From Anaerolineales bacterium (GTDB taxonomy: Bacteria; Chloroflexota; Anaerolineae; Anaerolineales; Villigracilaceae), in NCBI GenBank assembly GCA_035574015.1, contig DATLZK010000024.1, forward strand, positions 19,594 to 83,593: DNA of 64,000 nt, written 5' to 3'. Positions 1-8,434 of the stretch are shown one piece after another. Every line of letters starts with the position of its first letter. Position 1 is the stretch's first letter. Made by a program: the position numbers and the translations under genes. The notes below the pieces were generated by a model. The model had not been told where the DNA came from and did no database searches. It saw only the letters and a list, made by a program, of their open reading frames with translations.

Positions 1-1
1 A

Positions 2-859
2 TTCGGCGCGTATGCCAAAGCGGTCGAGCGCGCTGCAGCACGCATACACAGATCGGCTGAGGGGTTGAGAAGGTTGGGTATCGGCGGCACAGCCGTCGGG
101 TCCGGTTTGAACGCCCACCCCGAATACCACACGCGCATGGTGAAGAAATTATCCGAACTCACCGGCCTCGAACTGTACACGTCCGATAATCTATTCGAAT
201 CCATGCAATCTATGGCTGATGCGGCAGACTTCTCTGCATCGCTGCGTACCCTCGCTTTGGAGTTGATCCGCATCGCCAACGATTTCCGCCTCCTTTCTTC
301 GGGACCTTCAACCGGTCTCGATGAGATTCGCCTTCCCGCCGTTCAGCCGGGCTCCTCGATCATGCCGGGAAAGGTAAATCCCGTGCTGGCTGAAATGCTC
401 GATCAAGCGATGTTCCATGTTATTGGCTGCGACACGACCATTGCGTTCGCCGCCCAAGCAGGACAATTGGAGTTGAATGTGATGATGCCTATCATCGCGC
501 ACAACTTATTCGAGATGATGCAGGTGATGATCGGATCGGTCAATGCGTTTACCGAGCGTGCCGTGAAAGGTGTGGTTGCCAATCGCGAAAAAGCCGAAGG
601 TTGGCTGGCGAAGAACGCCATCATCGTCACCGCACTGAACCCACTGATTGGATATGCACAAGGCGCGGCACTGGTAAAAGAGGCACTGGCGCAAAATGCT
701 TCAATCAAGGAACTCGCGCTCGAAAAAGCCCGCGCGGGCGCACTCAAACATCGTGACGAAGATCGTCCCGTAAAGCCGGAAGAGATCGAGTTCGCGCTGA
801 GCGATTTGCGCAAATTGACCGAAGGTGGAATCGTGGGAGGCGTGAGCGGCGGAGGGTAA
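2..859 (+). CDS. aspA: Aspartate ammonia-lyase / class II fumarase-family lyase, C-terminal ~285 aa (5' end lies outside the window)
   Basis: The frame is open from the window edge, and the ORF-track start at 65 is an internal TTG. Family signature 'GSSIMPGKVNP' is present. 'KVNPVLAEML' and 'AGQLELNVMMP' resemble aspartases (KVNPVVPE, AGQLQLNVMEP) more than FumC (KVNPTQCEA). Confidence 0.8.
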   Translation, partial: FGAYAKAVERAAARIHRSAEGLRRLGIGGTAVGSGLNAHPEYHTRMVKKLSELTGLELYTSDNLFESMQSMADAADFSASLRTLALELIRIANDFRLLSSGPSTGLDEIRLPAVQPGSSIMPGKVNPVLAEMLDQAMFHVIGCDTTIAFAAQAGQLELNVMMPIIAHNLFEMMQVMIGSVNAFTERAVKGVVANREKAEGWLAKNAIIVTALNPLIGYAQGAALVKEALAQNASIKELALEKARAGALKHRDEDRPVKPEEIEFALSDLRKLTEGGIVGGVSGGG

Positions 860-947
860 ACATACGAAAGTCTGCGCAACAGCCCTCGCGCTCGATACAC
901 ACCCGCCTCCTTATGCTTTCCCCATTTGGGCAAAGCGCGGAGCAAAC

Positions 948-1349
948 CTATTCCCCTGCAGCCCGCAGCAGATCAATGATCGCGCGCGCAATGTCATCGC
1001 GCACTTTGCGAAAATCGTCCATGTTATCTGTCTTCGCAGGGTCAGGAAAACCGCAATGAACGCGCTTACCCTTCCCAAGCCAGAGGGGACATTCTTCCGC
1101 CGCCGAATCGCAGACCGTGACGACGAGATCGAAATCCACATCCCGGAATTCATCCACTCGCTTCGATCTCCCCTCGTGCTGGATTCCGATTTCCCGAAGC
1201 GCCTCCAACGCCTTAGGGTGAACGTAGCCCGCAGGCTTCGTCCCCGCGCTGAAAGCTTGCCACCTGTCACCCAGCCGCGCGTTGACAATCGCTTCTGCCA
1301 TTTGTGAACGACAGGAATTTCCCGTGCAAAGGAACAGGACTTTTTTCAT
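948..1349 (-). CDS. arsC: Arsenate reductase, LMW-PTP / thioredoxin-coupled type
   Basis: P-loop 'LCTGNSCRSQMAEA' at the N-terminus plus 'VTVCDSAAEECP', the Cys pair typical of pI258/B. subtilis-type ArsC. The ATG at 1349 is preceded by AGAGG; the track start at 1352 is a GTG one codon upstream. Confidence 0.85.
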   Translation of the reverse strand: MKKVLFLCTGNSCRSQMAEAIVNARLGDRWQAFSAGTKPAGYVHPKALEALREIGIQHEGRSKRVDEFRDVDFDLVVTVCDSAAEECPLWLGKGKRVHCGFPDPAKTDNMDDFRKVRDDIARAIIDLLRAAGE

Positions 1350-1412
1350 CACAACCTCTTTGGATTAGAGGGATTGTAGCCTATTTTGAGGATACAGATT
1401 TGTTATCATCTT

Positions 1413-1530
1413 GTTAACTAACTTTGCTCTGTTGCAAACATGGACAAAGGATTGTCTTCAGCATTGCTTTTCGCTCTCACTCCTGCCCTTCTCCCCGTGG
1501 AAGAGGGGTTGGGGTGAGGAAAGCGGGGAT
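1413..1530 (+). repeat. Dispersed intergenic repeat, family A, copy 1 (conserved arm plus GC-rich hairpin)
   Basis: 'CTCTGTTGCAAACATGGACAAAGGATTGTC..GCATTGCTTTTCGC.CTCAC.CC' is followed by the hairpin 'CTTCTCCCCGTGGAAGAGGGGTTGGGGTGAGG'. It is near-identical to copies at 17760..17869 and 49785..49895 (both reverse-complemented). Confidence 0.9.
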
Positions 1531-1813
1531 TTGAAACAATCGCATCAGACACTTTTTACGGAACAACTTTCGCGCGCCGATGAAACTGCGCCTTTTCAAG
1601 CCTACCAAAGAGGCGTATAAATACTTTGCGCGAGGGACGCACCGCATCGTTCCAAACGAATGATCGCCAGCGCGTTTCTCGATGAAGCGTATGTTCAGCA
1701 AAAGGATAAACTGATTGCTGTGCACATGTAAGCAAACTAAAGTCACGGCAAGAAGTCCAGCGACTTCGCGACCTTGCCTTAAAAAGGCTTTTTACAACGG
1801 AGTCAGAAAGATC

Positions 1814-2881
1814 ATGGCCAATAAATCCACAAAACCCAGAACGAATTCCAAAAAACAGGAAGAACCCGAAGAGCCGGTTTGGACCTATCGCGGCTACAAA
1901 CTGAAGACCAGCGAATTCGTCACGGCAATGGTACATTTCTTCCGCGCCGAAATCCAACGCGCCAACGTGTGGCGTCAACGCCTGGATACCACTACCAATT
2001 GGGCTGTCGTCTCCACCGGCGCCACGCTTTCCGTTGCCTTCAGCCAGCCGTCCATTCATCACAGCGTCCTCATCCTCAATACTTTGCTGGTACTGTGGTT
2101 TCTTTTCATAGAAGCGCGGCGCTATCGTTACTATGAATTATGGAGTTATCGCGTGCGCCTGATGGAAACGGATTTCTACGCCGCCATGCTCGTGCCACCG
2201 TTCCATCCCTCCCCCGAATGGGCAGAAAGCCTGGCAGAAAACCTGCTCACCCCTCACTTCCCCATCTCGATGTGGGAAGCCTTCGGACGCCGCCTGCGCA
2301 GAAATTACCTCTGGATTTTCCTCGTTCTCTATGCCTCATGGGTGGCAAAGATCTGGCTTTTTCCTGAGCCGGCCGTAACACTCAGCGAATTCATCCAGCG
2401 CAGTGCTGTTGGTCCCGTGCCGGGCGAAATCATGATCATTCTCGGAGTATTACTTTACACCTTCCTCGCGCTCATTGCCATCGGCACGATTACCATGACC
2501 CGCGCCACCGGTGAAGTGCTCCCGCGCTTTGGAGAGGAAAGCGAGAGTGGCAAACCCTCCGAACAACGTGAATTCAAAGGACTGCGCGCCTGGCTTGTGC
2601 CGCGCCGCAAACGACGCCAGTTCATTGCAATGGTCATCACCAACAAAGCGCAGGCAGTCGCCAACCGCATTCTCACTGACCTTCAGCGCGGTGTAACGGC
2701 TATACCGGGCAAAGGCATGTACACTGGCGCAGATCGCACCGTGCTTCTTTGCGCCCTCACCGTCACCGAAGTACACAACCTCAAAACTGTGGTGGCAAAG
2801 GAAGACCCGCAAGCCTTCGTCATCGTCTCGCCTGCACAGGAGATACTCGGGCGCGGCTTTCTCCCCCTCGAGGAGGAATAA
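1814..2881 (+). CDS. Membrane protein, DUF2270-like N-terminal domain fused to a YitT-type DUF2179 C-terminal domain
   Basis: 'FFRAEIQRANVWRQRLDTTTNWAVV...IEARRYRYYELW' matches my memory of DUF2270. The C-terminal 'TAIPGKGMYTGADRTVLLCALTVTEVHNLKTVVAKEDPQAFVIVSPAQEILGRGF' matches the DUF2179 pattern. An in-frame ATG at 1814 starts 'MANKSTK'. Confidence 0.7.
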   Translation: MANKSTKPRTNSKKQEEPEEPVWTYRGYKLKTSEFVTAMVHFFRAEIQRANVWRQRLDTTTNWAVVSTGATLSVAFSQPSIHHSVLILNTLLVLWFLFIEARRYRYYELWSYRVRLMETDFYAAMLVPPFHPSPEWAESLAENLLTPHFPISMWEAFGRRLRRNYLWIFLVLYASWVAKIWLFPEPAVTLSEFIQRSAVGPVPGEIMIILGVLLYTFLALIAIGTITMTRATGEVLPRFGEESESGKPSEQREFKGLRAWLVPRRKRRQFIAMVITNKAQAVANRILTDLQRGVTAIPGKGMYTGADRTVLLCALTVTEVHNLKTVVAKEDPQAFVIVSPAQEILGRGFLPLEEE

Positions 2882-2887
2882 CATCGC

Positions 2888-4243
2888 ATGGATCGTCTGT
2901 ATGCTCTTTCGCCTTTGGATGGACGCTACGCGGACTCGAGCGCGCCCCTCGCAGACTACTTTTCTGAATTTGCCTATCTACGTGATCGCCTTCGCCTCGA
3001 ACTGGACCTTTTGCCGGCTCTTTCCAAAACAGGCATTCTTCGCCCCCTGACCGATTCCGAATCCGCCCAAATCGAAGCGATCAAGATTGGCTTTTCCACC
3101 GCCGACGCGGAATCCATCCGTGCCTACGAAAGGCAAACGCGACATGACGTAAAAGCCATCGAATACTTCCTGCGCGAACGTCTACACGGCACCTCCTTGC
3201 AAGACCTTCTCCCCTGGTTGCATTTTGGGCTTACTTCTGAAGACGTGAACAATCTCGCGCTTGCTCTGGCACTGCGCAATTCACGTGACCTTGTTCTGCT
3301 GCCGGCATTGGACGAATTGCTGGAGGCAATACGCGCCTTTGCCAAAAAGACGCGCGCCCTGCCCATGCTGGCGCGTACACATGGTCAATTCGCCGTACCT
3401 ACCACGCTTGGAAAAGAATTTGCCGTCTTCCTGGCGCGTTTGCAAAAGGTACGTCAGGAGATCGCCGCGCACCGCTTCGAGGCAAAACTCACGGGAGCGG
3501 TGGGAAACTTCAACGCGCTGCAAGCCGCCGCGCCACAGGTGGACTGGCTGGCATTCAGTAAATCTTTTGTTCAATCGCTTGGCTTTGAACCCAACCTCAT
3601 CACTACACAAATTCTTCCATACGAGAACTGGATTCGTTATTTCGACATGTTGCGCATGATCAATACCATCCTCATTGATCTGGCACAGGATGTTTGGCGT
3701 TATGTCAGTGATGGTTACCTCAAGCAGGCGGTCCTGGAAAACGAAGTTGGCTCTTCGACCATGCCGCAGAAGGTGAACCCGATTGATTTCGAGAACGCAG
3801 AGGGTAATCTTGGGATAGCCAATGCGATGTTTGCGCATTACGCGCAAAAACTGCCGGTTTCGCGCTTGCAGCGCGATCTCTCCGATTCAACGGTACGCCG
3901 CACGTTTGGCACGGCGCTCGGTCACACACTGGTTGCATGGAAGAGCCTGCGCAGCGGAATGAGCCGCCTCGCGCCGGATGAAGAAAAGATGAGGGCAGAG
4001 TTGAACGCGCATTGGGAGGTCATCGCCGAGGGAGCGCAAACGATTCTGCGCGCAGCAGGCAGAGAGGACGCGTACGAGTCGCTCCGGCTTCGGACGCGCG
4101 GACGCGTCTTAACGGAATCCGATTTCAGGTCCTGGCTCGAAGCGCTCGATGTGGATGAGGTGACGCGCGCACGTCTGCAAAGTCTCTCCCCAGAAACCTA
4201 TCTTGGGCTTGCCGTCCAATTGACTGATGAAGTGACCGGTTAG
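2888..4243 (+). CDS. purB: Adenylosuccinate lyase
   Basis: N-terminus 'LSPLDGRYADS' (E. coli PurB has 'VSPVDGRYGDK'). Fumarate-lyase signature 'GSSTMPQKVNPIDFEN'. A GAGGAGG Shine-Dalgarno sits upstream. Confidence 0.95.
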   Translation: MDRLYALSPLDGRYADSSAPLADYFSEFAYLRDRLRLELDLLPALSKTGILRPLTDSESAQIEAIKIGFSTADAESIRAYERQTRHDVKAIEYFLRERLHGTSLQDLLPWLHFGLTSEDVNNLALALALRNSRDLVLLPALDELLEAIRAFAKKTRALPMLARTHGQFAVPTTLGKEFAVFLARLQKVRQEIAAHRFEAKLTGAVGNFNALQAAAPQVDWLAFSKSFVQSLGFEPNLITTQILPYENWIRYFDMLRMINTILIDLAQDVWRYVSDGYLKQAVLENEVGSSTMPQKVNPIDFENAEGNLGIANAMFAHYAQKLPVSRLQRDLSDSTVRRTFGTALGHTLVAWKSLRSGMSRLAPDEEKMRAELNAHWEVIAEGAQTILRAAGREDAYESLRLRTRGRVLTESDFRSWLEALDVDEVTRARLQSLSPETYLGLAVQLTDEVTG

Positions 4244-5352
4244 CCCGTCCCCTCCACAAACGCTTGGAATTCCACGAGAAAGCGTTCTTTGTTGAAGCGT
4301 TGCGCGTTTTGCGTGAGATCAGCCGTTCGAAAGTGCGGCAGATATTTCTCGAATCGTTTTACCGCTTCGATCACACCGTCAGCGGACTGGTCATCGAAGA
4401 GCAGACCGGTTACACCATCCAAAACGGTTTCCGCTGCGCCTCCACGCCCATAGGCAAGGACCGGGCATCCCGCCGCCTGTGCTTCGACAATGGCAATGCC
4501 AAAATCCTCTTCCGCGGCGCAAACGAAACCGCGCGCCTTATTCATGAACTTCACGACCTCTTCATCCGATACATATCCCAAAAAGTGAACTGCCGAATTT
4601 GCCATGCGTTTTAGGCGCGGCAGTTCGGGTCCATCGCCAATCACAACGAGTGGAAGATTCAATTTTGAAAAAGCCTGGACGAGCAGATCAACCCTTTTGT
4701 GCGCTACTAGTCTGGTGACCGTCAGGTAGTACTCCTCGCGAGGGGAATGACTATGGAAGCGCTCCACTTCAACGGGAGGATAAATGATCGTGGCACTGCG
4801 CTGATAGGCTTGAGCGATGCGTTGTGAAATGGCTTGCGAGATAGCGGCAAACTGATGGACGCGCGAGGCGGCCCGACGATCCCATTTGCGAAAGTACTGC
4901 ATGAAGCCATCGAGGAGAAAATTTTTGCGTCGGCGCGTTCCATCCAGATTAATGTCAGTCCACGCATAGCGCATGGGGGTGTAGGTGTAGGAAAGATGGC
5001 GCGCTCCGTTTTGATTCGTGACGCCGTGCGCCACAGCATAACTGAAGCAAACGACGAGATCGTAGGCACGCAAATCGAAACGCTCGATGGCTGAGGGCAT
5101 GAGCGGCAGAAACAAGCGGTGATGGGTGTGGGCGAAGGGCAACTCATCGAGCCAGGACATGTGAACCTTGCGACGCGCCAGCGGTGTGTGGACAAAAGCC
5201 TTTTTGTTGTAGATGAGCGTGAAGACCTCCGCGCATGGATACGCCTCCAGTGCAGTGAAGAGTACCTTCTCTCCACCGCCCAACGCGGGAAGCGCATCAA
5301 TGACAAAGGCAATACGTGGTTCAGATTTCAAGTCTGTGTCCTCCTGATCCAT
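4240..5352 (-). CDS. Glycosyltransferase, GT4 (GT-B fold) family
   Basis: N-terminus 'RIAFVIDALPALGGGEKV'. C-terminal 'EEDFGIAIVEAQAAGCPVLAYGRGGAAETV' carries the E-x7-E GT4 motif. I chose the start at the internal ATG (MDQEDT); the longer ORF to 5484 runs into the upstream gene. Confidence 0.8.
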   Translation of the reverse strand: MDQEDTDLKSEPRIAFVIDALPALGGGEKVLFTALEAYPCAEVFTLIYNKKAFVHTPLARRKVHMSWLDELPFAHTHHRLFLPLMPSAIERFDLRAYDLVVCFSYAVAHGVTNQNGARHLSYTYTPMRYAWTDINLDGTRRRKNFLLDGFMQYFRKWDRRAASRVHQFAAISQAISQRIAQAYQRSATIIYPPVEVERFHSHSPREEYYLTVTRLVAHKRVDLLVQAFSKLNLPLVVIGDGPELPRLKRMANSAVHFLGYVSDEEVVKFMNKARGFVCAAEEDFGIAIVEAQAAGCPVLAYGRGGAAETVLDGVTGLLFDDQSADGVIEAVKRFEKYLPHFRTADLTQNAQRFNKERFLVEFQAFVEGTG

Positions 5353-8300
5353 TTTGTCCAAGAACAAGGGATTTTTCGCCGCTCTGCCCTGCCCAGAGAC
5401 CGAGAAGCAGTCCAAGCATGAGTCGTCCTGGAGCAAGTGTCCAAAGATAATGATCGAACAGGCTGATGATTCCAAGACCGGCAAGAGCCGCGCCTGTCAG
5501 AATGGCAGAGGGAGCCCTGCTTTCGCTCATGCTCCACGTGATGGAAAGATAAAGACCCAAAACGAGGAGTAAACCGCCGATGCCCAATTCAGTGCCTGCC
5601 AGCAAGAAAATGTTATGGACCGGTTCGACAATATAGCCCACACCGGCACGTCGTGAAAGTTCGATGATAAAGGAGCCAATGCCAACCCCTGTAAGTGGAT
5701 ATTCGCGCATGATTTGGATGGCTTCTTGGGTCAGCCAGGCGCGCCCAACGAACGAAAACTGTTCGGAGATGGTGACAATGTTTGTCGTGCGAGCCTGAAG
5801 CAGATGACGATAAGGGAGAATCGTAAGGGTCACACTCAAGATTGCCACAATCAGAAGGAGGTGGAGATGTAGGCGATTTAAATATTTTGATTTCAAAATC
5901 AGAATAAACAAAAAAACAATCATTCCCAGCCAGGCAGAACGGGAGAACGTCAATATGAGCAGGGAGATGCCCAGGGCGAAGAGAATCAAAACGGGATGCG
6001 CGGCTCTTCTTCCCGCAAGAGAAAGCCCAACCGGACCCAATAGTGAGACGAACACAAGTCCACCGAGAAGGTTGGGATGCGGCAGAGTTCCATAGGCGCG
6101 CAAGACGCGCGTTCCATCCGCTAGGGAGACGACGACCGAACCACGCACAGATGGATCAAGCAGGCCGGGCCATTTCAACTCAAGCGGCGCGAGAAAATCC
6201 GTGGACTGCAACGCAAAACCGACAAAACCGGCAATGAGTTGGAGGCTCAGCGCCGCGCAGAAGCCGTATAAGGTGGGCTTCCATGCCTCGCTCCATTCAC
6301 GGAGGGATAGGACAAAGAGAAAGACCAGCCAGAAGTGAAAGGAAATATAGGCAGAGGTGCGCCACTCTTTTGACCAGAGGAGACTGAGGGAGGAAAGCAG
6401 AAAGAGGAACAAGAGCGGAAAGAGAAACGAAGAAGGATGACGGGGAAATTTCTCAACCTTGGAACGGAGGCTCGCGAGGAAAGACGGAACAAGAAAAGAT
6501 GAAAAAGAAAAGAAGGAGGAGAATTGGGTAATTTTCACCGACAGCCAAAGAATCACCGCAATCAAAACCAGGGCATCGGTGAGGAAGAAGAGGGCATGGG
6601 TATAGGTAAAGTAAACGCGTCCATGTGGAAACTCCGCAATGACGCGATAATACCAAAAGCACAAACTCAGTGGAATCAAACCAACAAGAAAAGCATGGGC
6701 GCCGCGCAGGATTCTCTCGCCTCGAAGAGGCGCAAGGCGCAGTGTTCCAAGCGAGAGGGTTGTAATCAACGAAAGCATGGGGAAGACACCCCACGCAAAA
6801 GAGGTTATCGGTTTTGTTCGCGGCGGTGTGGAGGGCTTGGGGGGCACTGCGTTGGGGTTCTCGTAAACGAGGACCCCGTTTTCGAGCGTTTTCAATTTGA
6901 TCCAACCCTGTTTTTCCAAGACCGGAACAAAGGGGCTGCGGTGAATCTCCTTCCATTTCAAAGGAATGGCTTCGACAACATCAGGGTTCACAAAGCCCCA
7001 GCGCACGCCATATTCATCGGATGCTTGCAAGATCGGTTCGATGGCAGAAATTCCTTTGGTCGCCCAATATACAGTGTCAATTTGACCAATGCCGCTTTCG
7101 CGCAGTTCGGGAAGTTGACGTGCTGTGTGGTAACTGCCGTCAAGCGTAGTGGCTTTGGTGAGTAGATTCAAATAAGCAAATTGATCGCCAAAGCCGAATG
7201 TGAGGTACCGATAGTGGGCATGATCCGCTTCGTTCAAAAAATCAACGATGGGCTGCATATCAATCGGCTTGGGTTGGAGAGGGAGGAACAAAGGCGTGAG
7301 CCATACAGCAAAGGCGGTGATGGCAAAGAAGGAAAAGACCAGGGCGGGGATCAGGTTCCTTTGGCGCGCGGCAGGCTTCGGCTGAGTCACGAAGCGAAGT
7401 TTCATCCGCGTAAAAAGAATCCCGAAGAAGACGGTCAGGATCAGGCTTGCCCAAAAGGCAAAGCGTTCATAAGTCAGCCATTCCCAAGCCTTTCCAAAAA
7501 AGAGGCGCGGCAGTGGAGTCGTCCCGCCCAGGCCGAGCAAAAAAAGAAGAATGCACGAAACAAGTAGAGCGATGAAGCGCGCCGACCATTGGCGCATGAG
7601 AAATGGAATGACACCCAGAAGGGGACCATAGAGAGGAAAGAAAAATACGGCAAAGGCCAGCGGGCTTTCAAAGAAGTTGTGCCGTGAGAGATGATCAATG
7701 GGGGTCTGCATGGTTTGATCCATGCCCCATTGCCAAAAGGGAAAGACGACAAGGATGGAGACGAGCACAGCAAGAAAGCCGATCAGCACAAAACGCAGGA
7801 GGAATGATTGCCATTGAATAGTTCGAGGGGTTTGAAGGATAACATTCGAGACAACCGCGAAAAACAGAAAGGGATGAATCAATAATACAGCATGATGTGA
7901 GGCGGCTGTTGTGGCATAAAGCGAAATGGTGAGCAACAGATTGTGAAAGCCGCCCTCACGCAGAAAGCGATTCAGGCTTGCCGCGCTGAATAACGCCAGA
8001 AGCGTGCCTGCGAGAAACGGCAATTGTCCAAAAATGTAGGCAGTAACATAGACTGATACAAGAAGTGCCGAGGCAAGGCTGGCATAGGACGCGGAGGTTT
8101 TGCCTGTGAAAATTCGACTGAAGGCATAAATGGCAAACGGATAGAGGCTGGCAACGATCCACAAAACGAGGGCGAATGCTCGATCAAAGCCAAGGAGGGG
8201 AATCCACAACGCGATGAGTTGATGAATCAGCGGTGGGTAAGAAACGACAGAAAAGCCGGCATACCAGCGCGTCTCCCACAACGAAAACCAGTTCTCGGCA

Positions 8301-8434
8301 TAGTGATTCGCAAAGAGCATGTGAGTATACGCGTCATAACTCAGACGATAACGCGCAGTGAGAATGAATAAGCCATGAAAGAGAAAGGCAAAAAATGCGG
8401 CAAACCAAACGCGACGGGGCAACATGATGTTCAC
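5321..8434 (-). CDS. 1037-aa polytopic membrane protein: GT-C-like N-terminal half fused to an O-antigen ligase/polymerase (Wzy_C) C-terminal half
   Basis: More than 20 hydrophobic segments. The N-terminal part has an ArnT/PMT-like layout with 'SYDAYTH' after TM1. An S/F-rich low-complexity linker follows (FSSFFSFSSFLVPSFLASL). The C-terminal part has Wzy_C hallmarks 'TFSRSAWLGMIVFLF' and 'PVHNIFLLAGTELGIGGLLL'. The GTG start overlaps the stop of the upstream GT4 gene (GTGA). Confidence 0.8.
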   Translation of the reverse strand: MNIMLPRRVWFAAFFAFLFHGLFILTARYRLSYDAYTHMLFANHYAENWFSLWETRWYAGFSVVSYPPLIHQLIALWIPLLGFDRAFALVLWIVASLYPFAIYAFSRIFTGKTSASYASLASALLVSVYVTAYIFGQLPFLAGTLLALFSAASLNRFLREGGFHNLLLTISLYATTAASHHAVLLIHPFLFFAVVSNVILQTPRTIQWQSFLLRFVLIGFLAVLVSILVVFPFWQWGMDQTMQTPIDHLSRHNFFESPLAFAVFFFPLYGPLLGVIPFLMRQWSARFIALLVSCILLFLLGLGGTTPLPRLFFGKAWEWLTYERFAFWASLILTVFFGILFTRMKLRFVTQPKPAARQRNLIPALVFSFFAITAFAVWLTPLFLPLQPKPIDMQPIVDFLNEADHAHYRYLTFGFGDQFAYLNLLTKATTLDGSYHTARQLPELRESGIGQIDTVYWATKGISAIEPILQASDEYGVRWGFVNPDVVEAIPLKWKEIHRSPFVPVLEKQGWIKLKTLENGVLVYENPNAVPPKPSTPPRTKPITSFAWGVFPMLSLITTLSLGTLRLAPLRGERILRGAHAFLVGLIPLSLCFWYYRVIAEFPHGRVYFTYTHALFFLTDALVLIAVILWLSVKITQFSSFFSFSSFLVPSFLASLRSKVEKFPRHPSSFLFPLLFLFLLSSLSLLWSKEWRTSAYISFHFWLVFLFVLSLREWSEAWKPTLYGFCAALSLQLIAGFVGFALQSTDFLAPLELKWPGLLDPSVRGSVVVSLADGTRVLRAYGTLPHPNLLGGLVFVSLLGPVGLSLAGRRAAHPVLILFALGISLLILTFSRSAWLGMIVFLFILILKSKYLNRLHLHLLLIVAILSVTLTILPYRHLLQARTTNIVTISEQFSFVGRAWLTQEAIQIMREYPLTGVGIGSFIIELSRRAGVGYIVEPVHNIFLLAGTELGIGGLLLVLGLYLSITWSMSESRAPSAILTGAALAGLGIISLFDHYLWTLAPGRLMLGLLLGLWAGQSGEKSLVLGQNGSGGHRLEI

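Noticed and set aside
403-945. 180-aa minus-strand ORF inside aspA (and similar ORFs at 308..502 and 506..694)
   Set aside because: It is a shadow ORF antisense to a gene with unmistakable lyase motifs, and it has the Ser/Ala/Arg-rich composition typical of an antisense frame.
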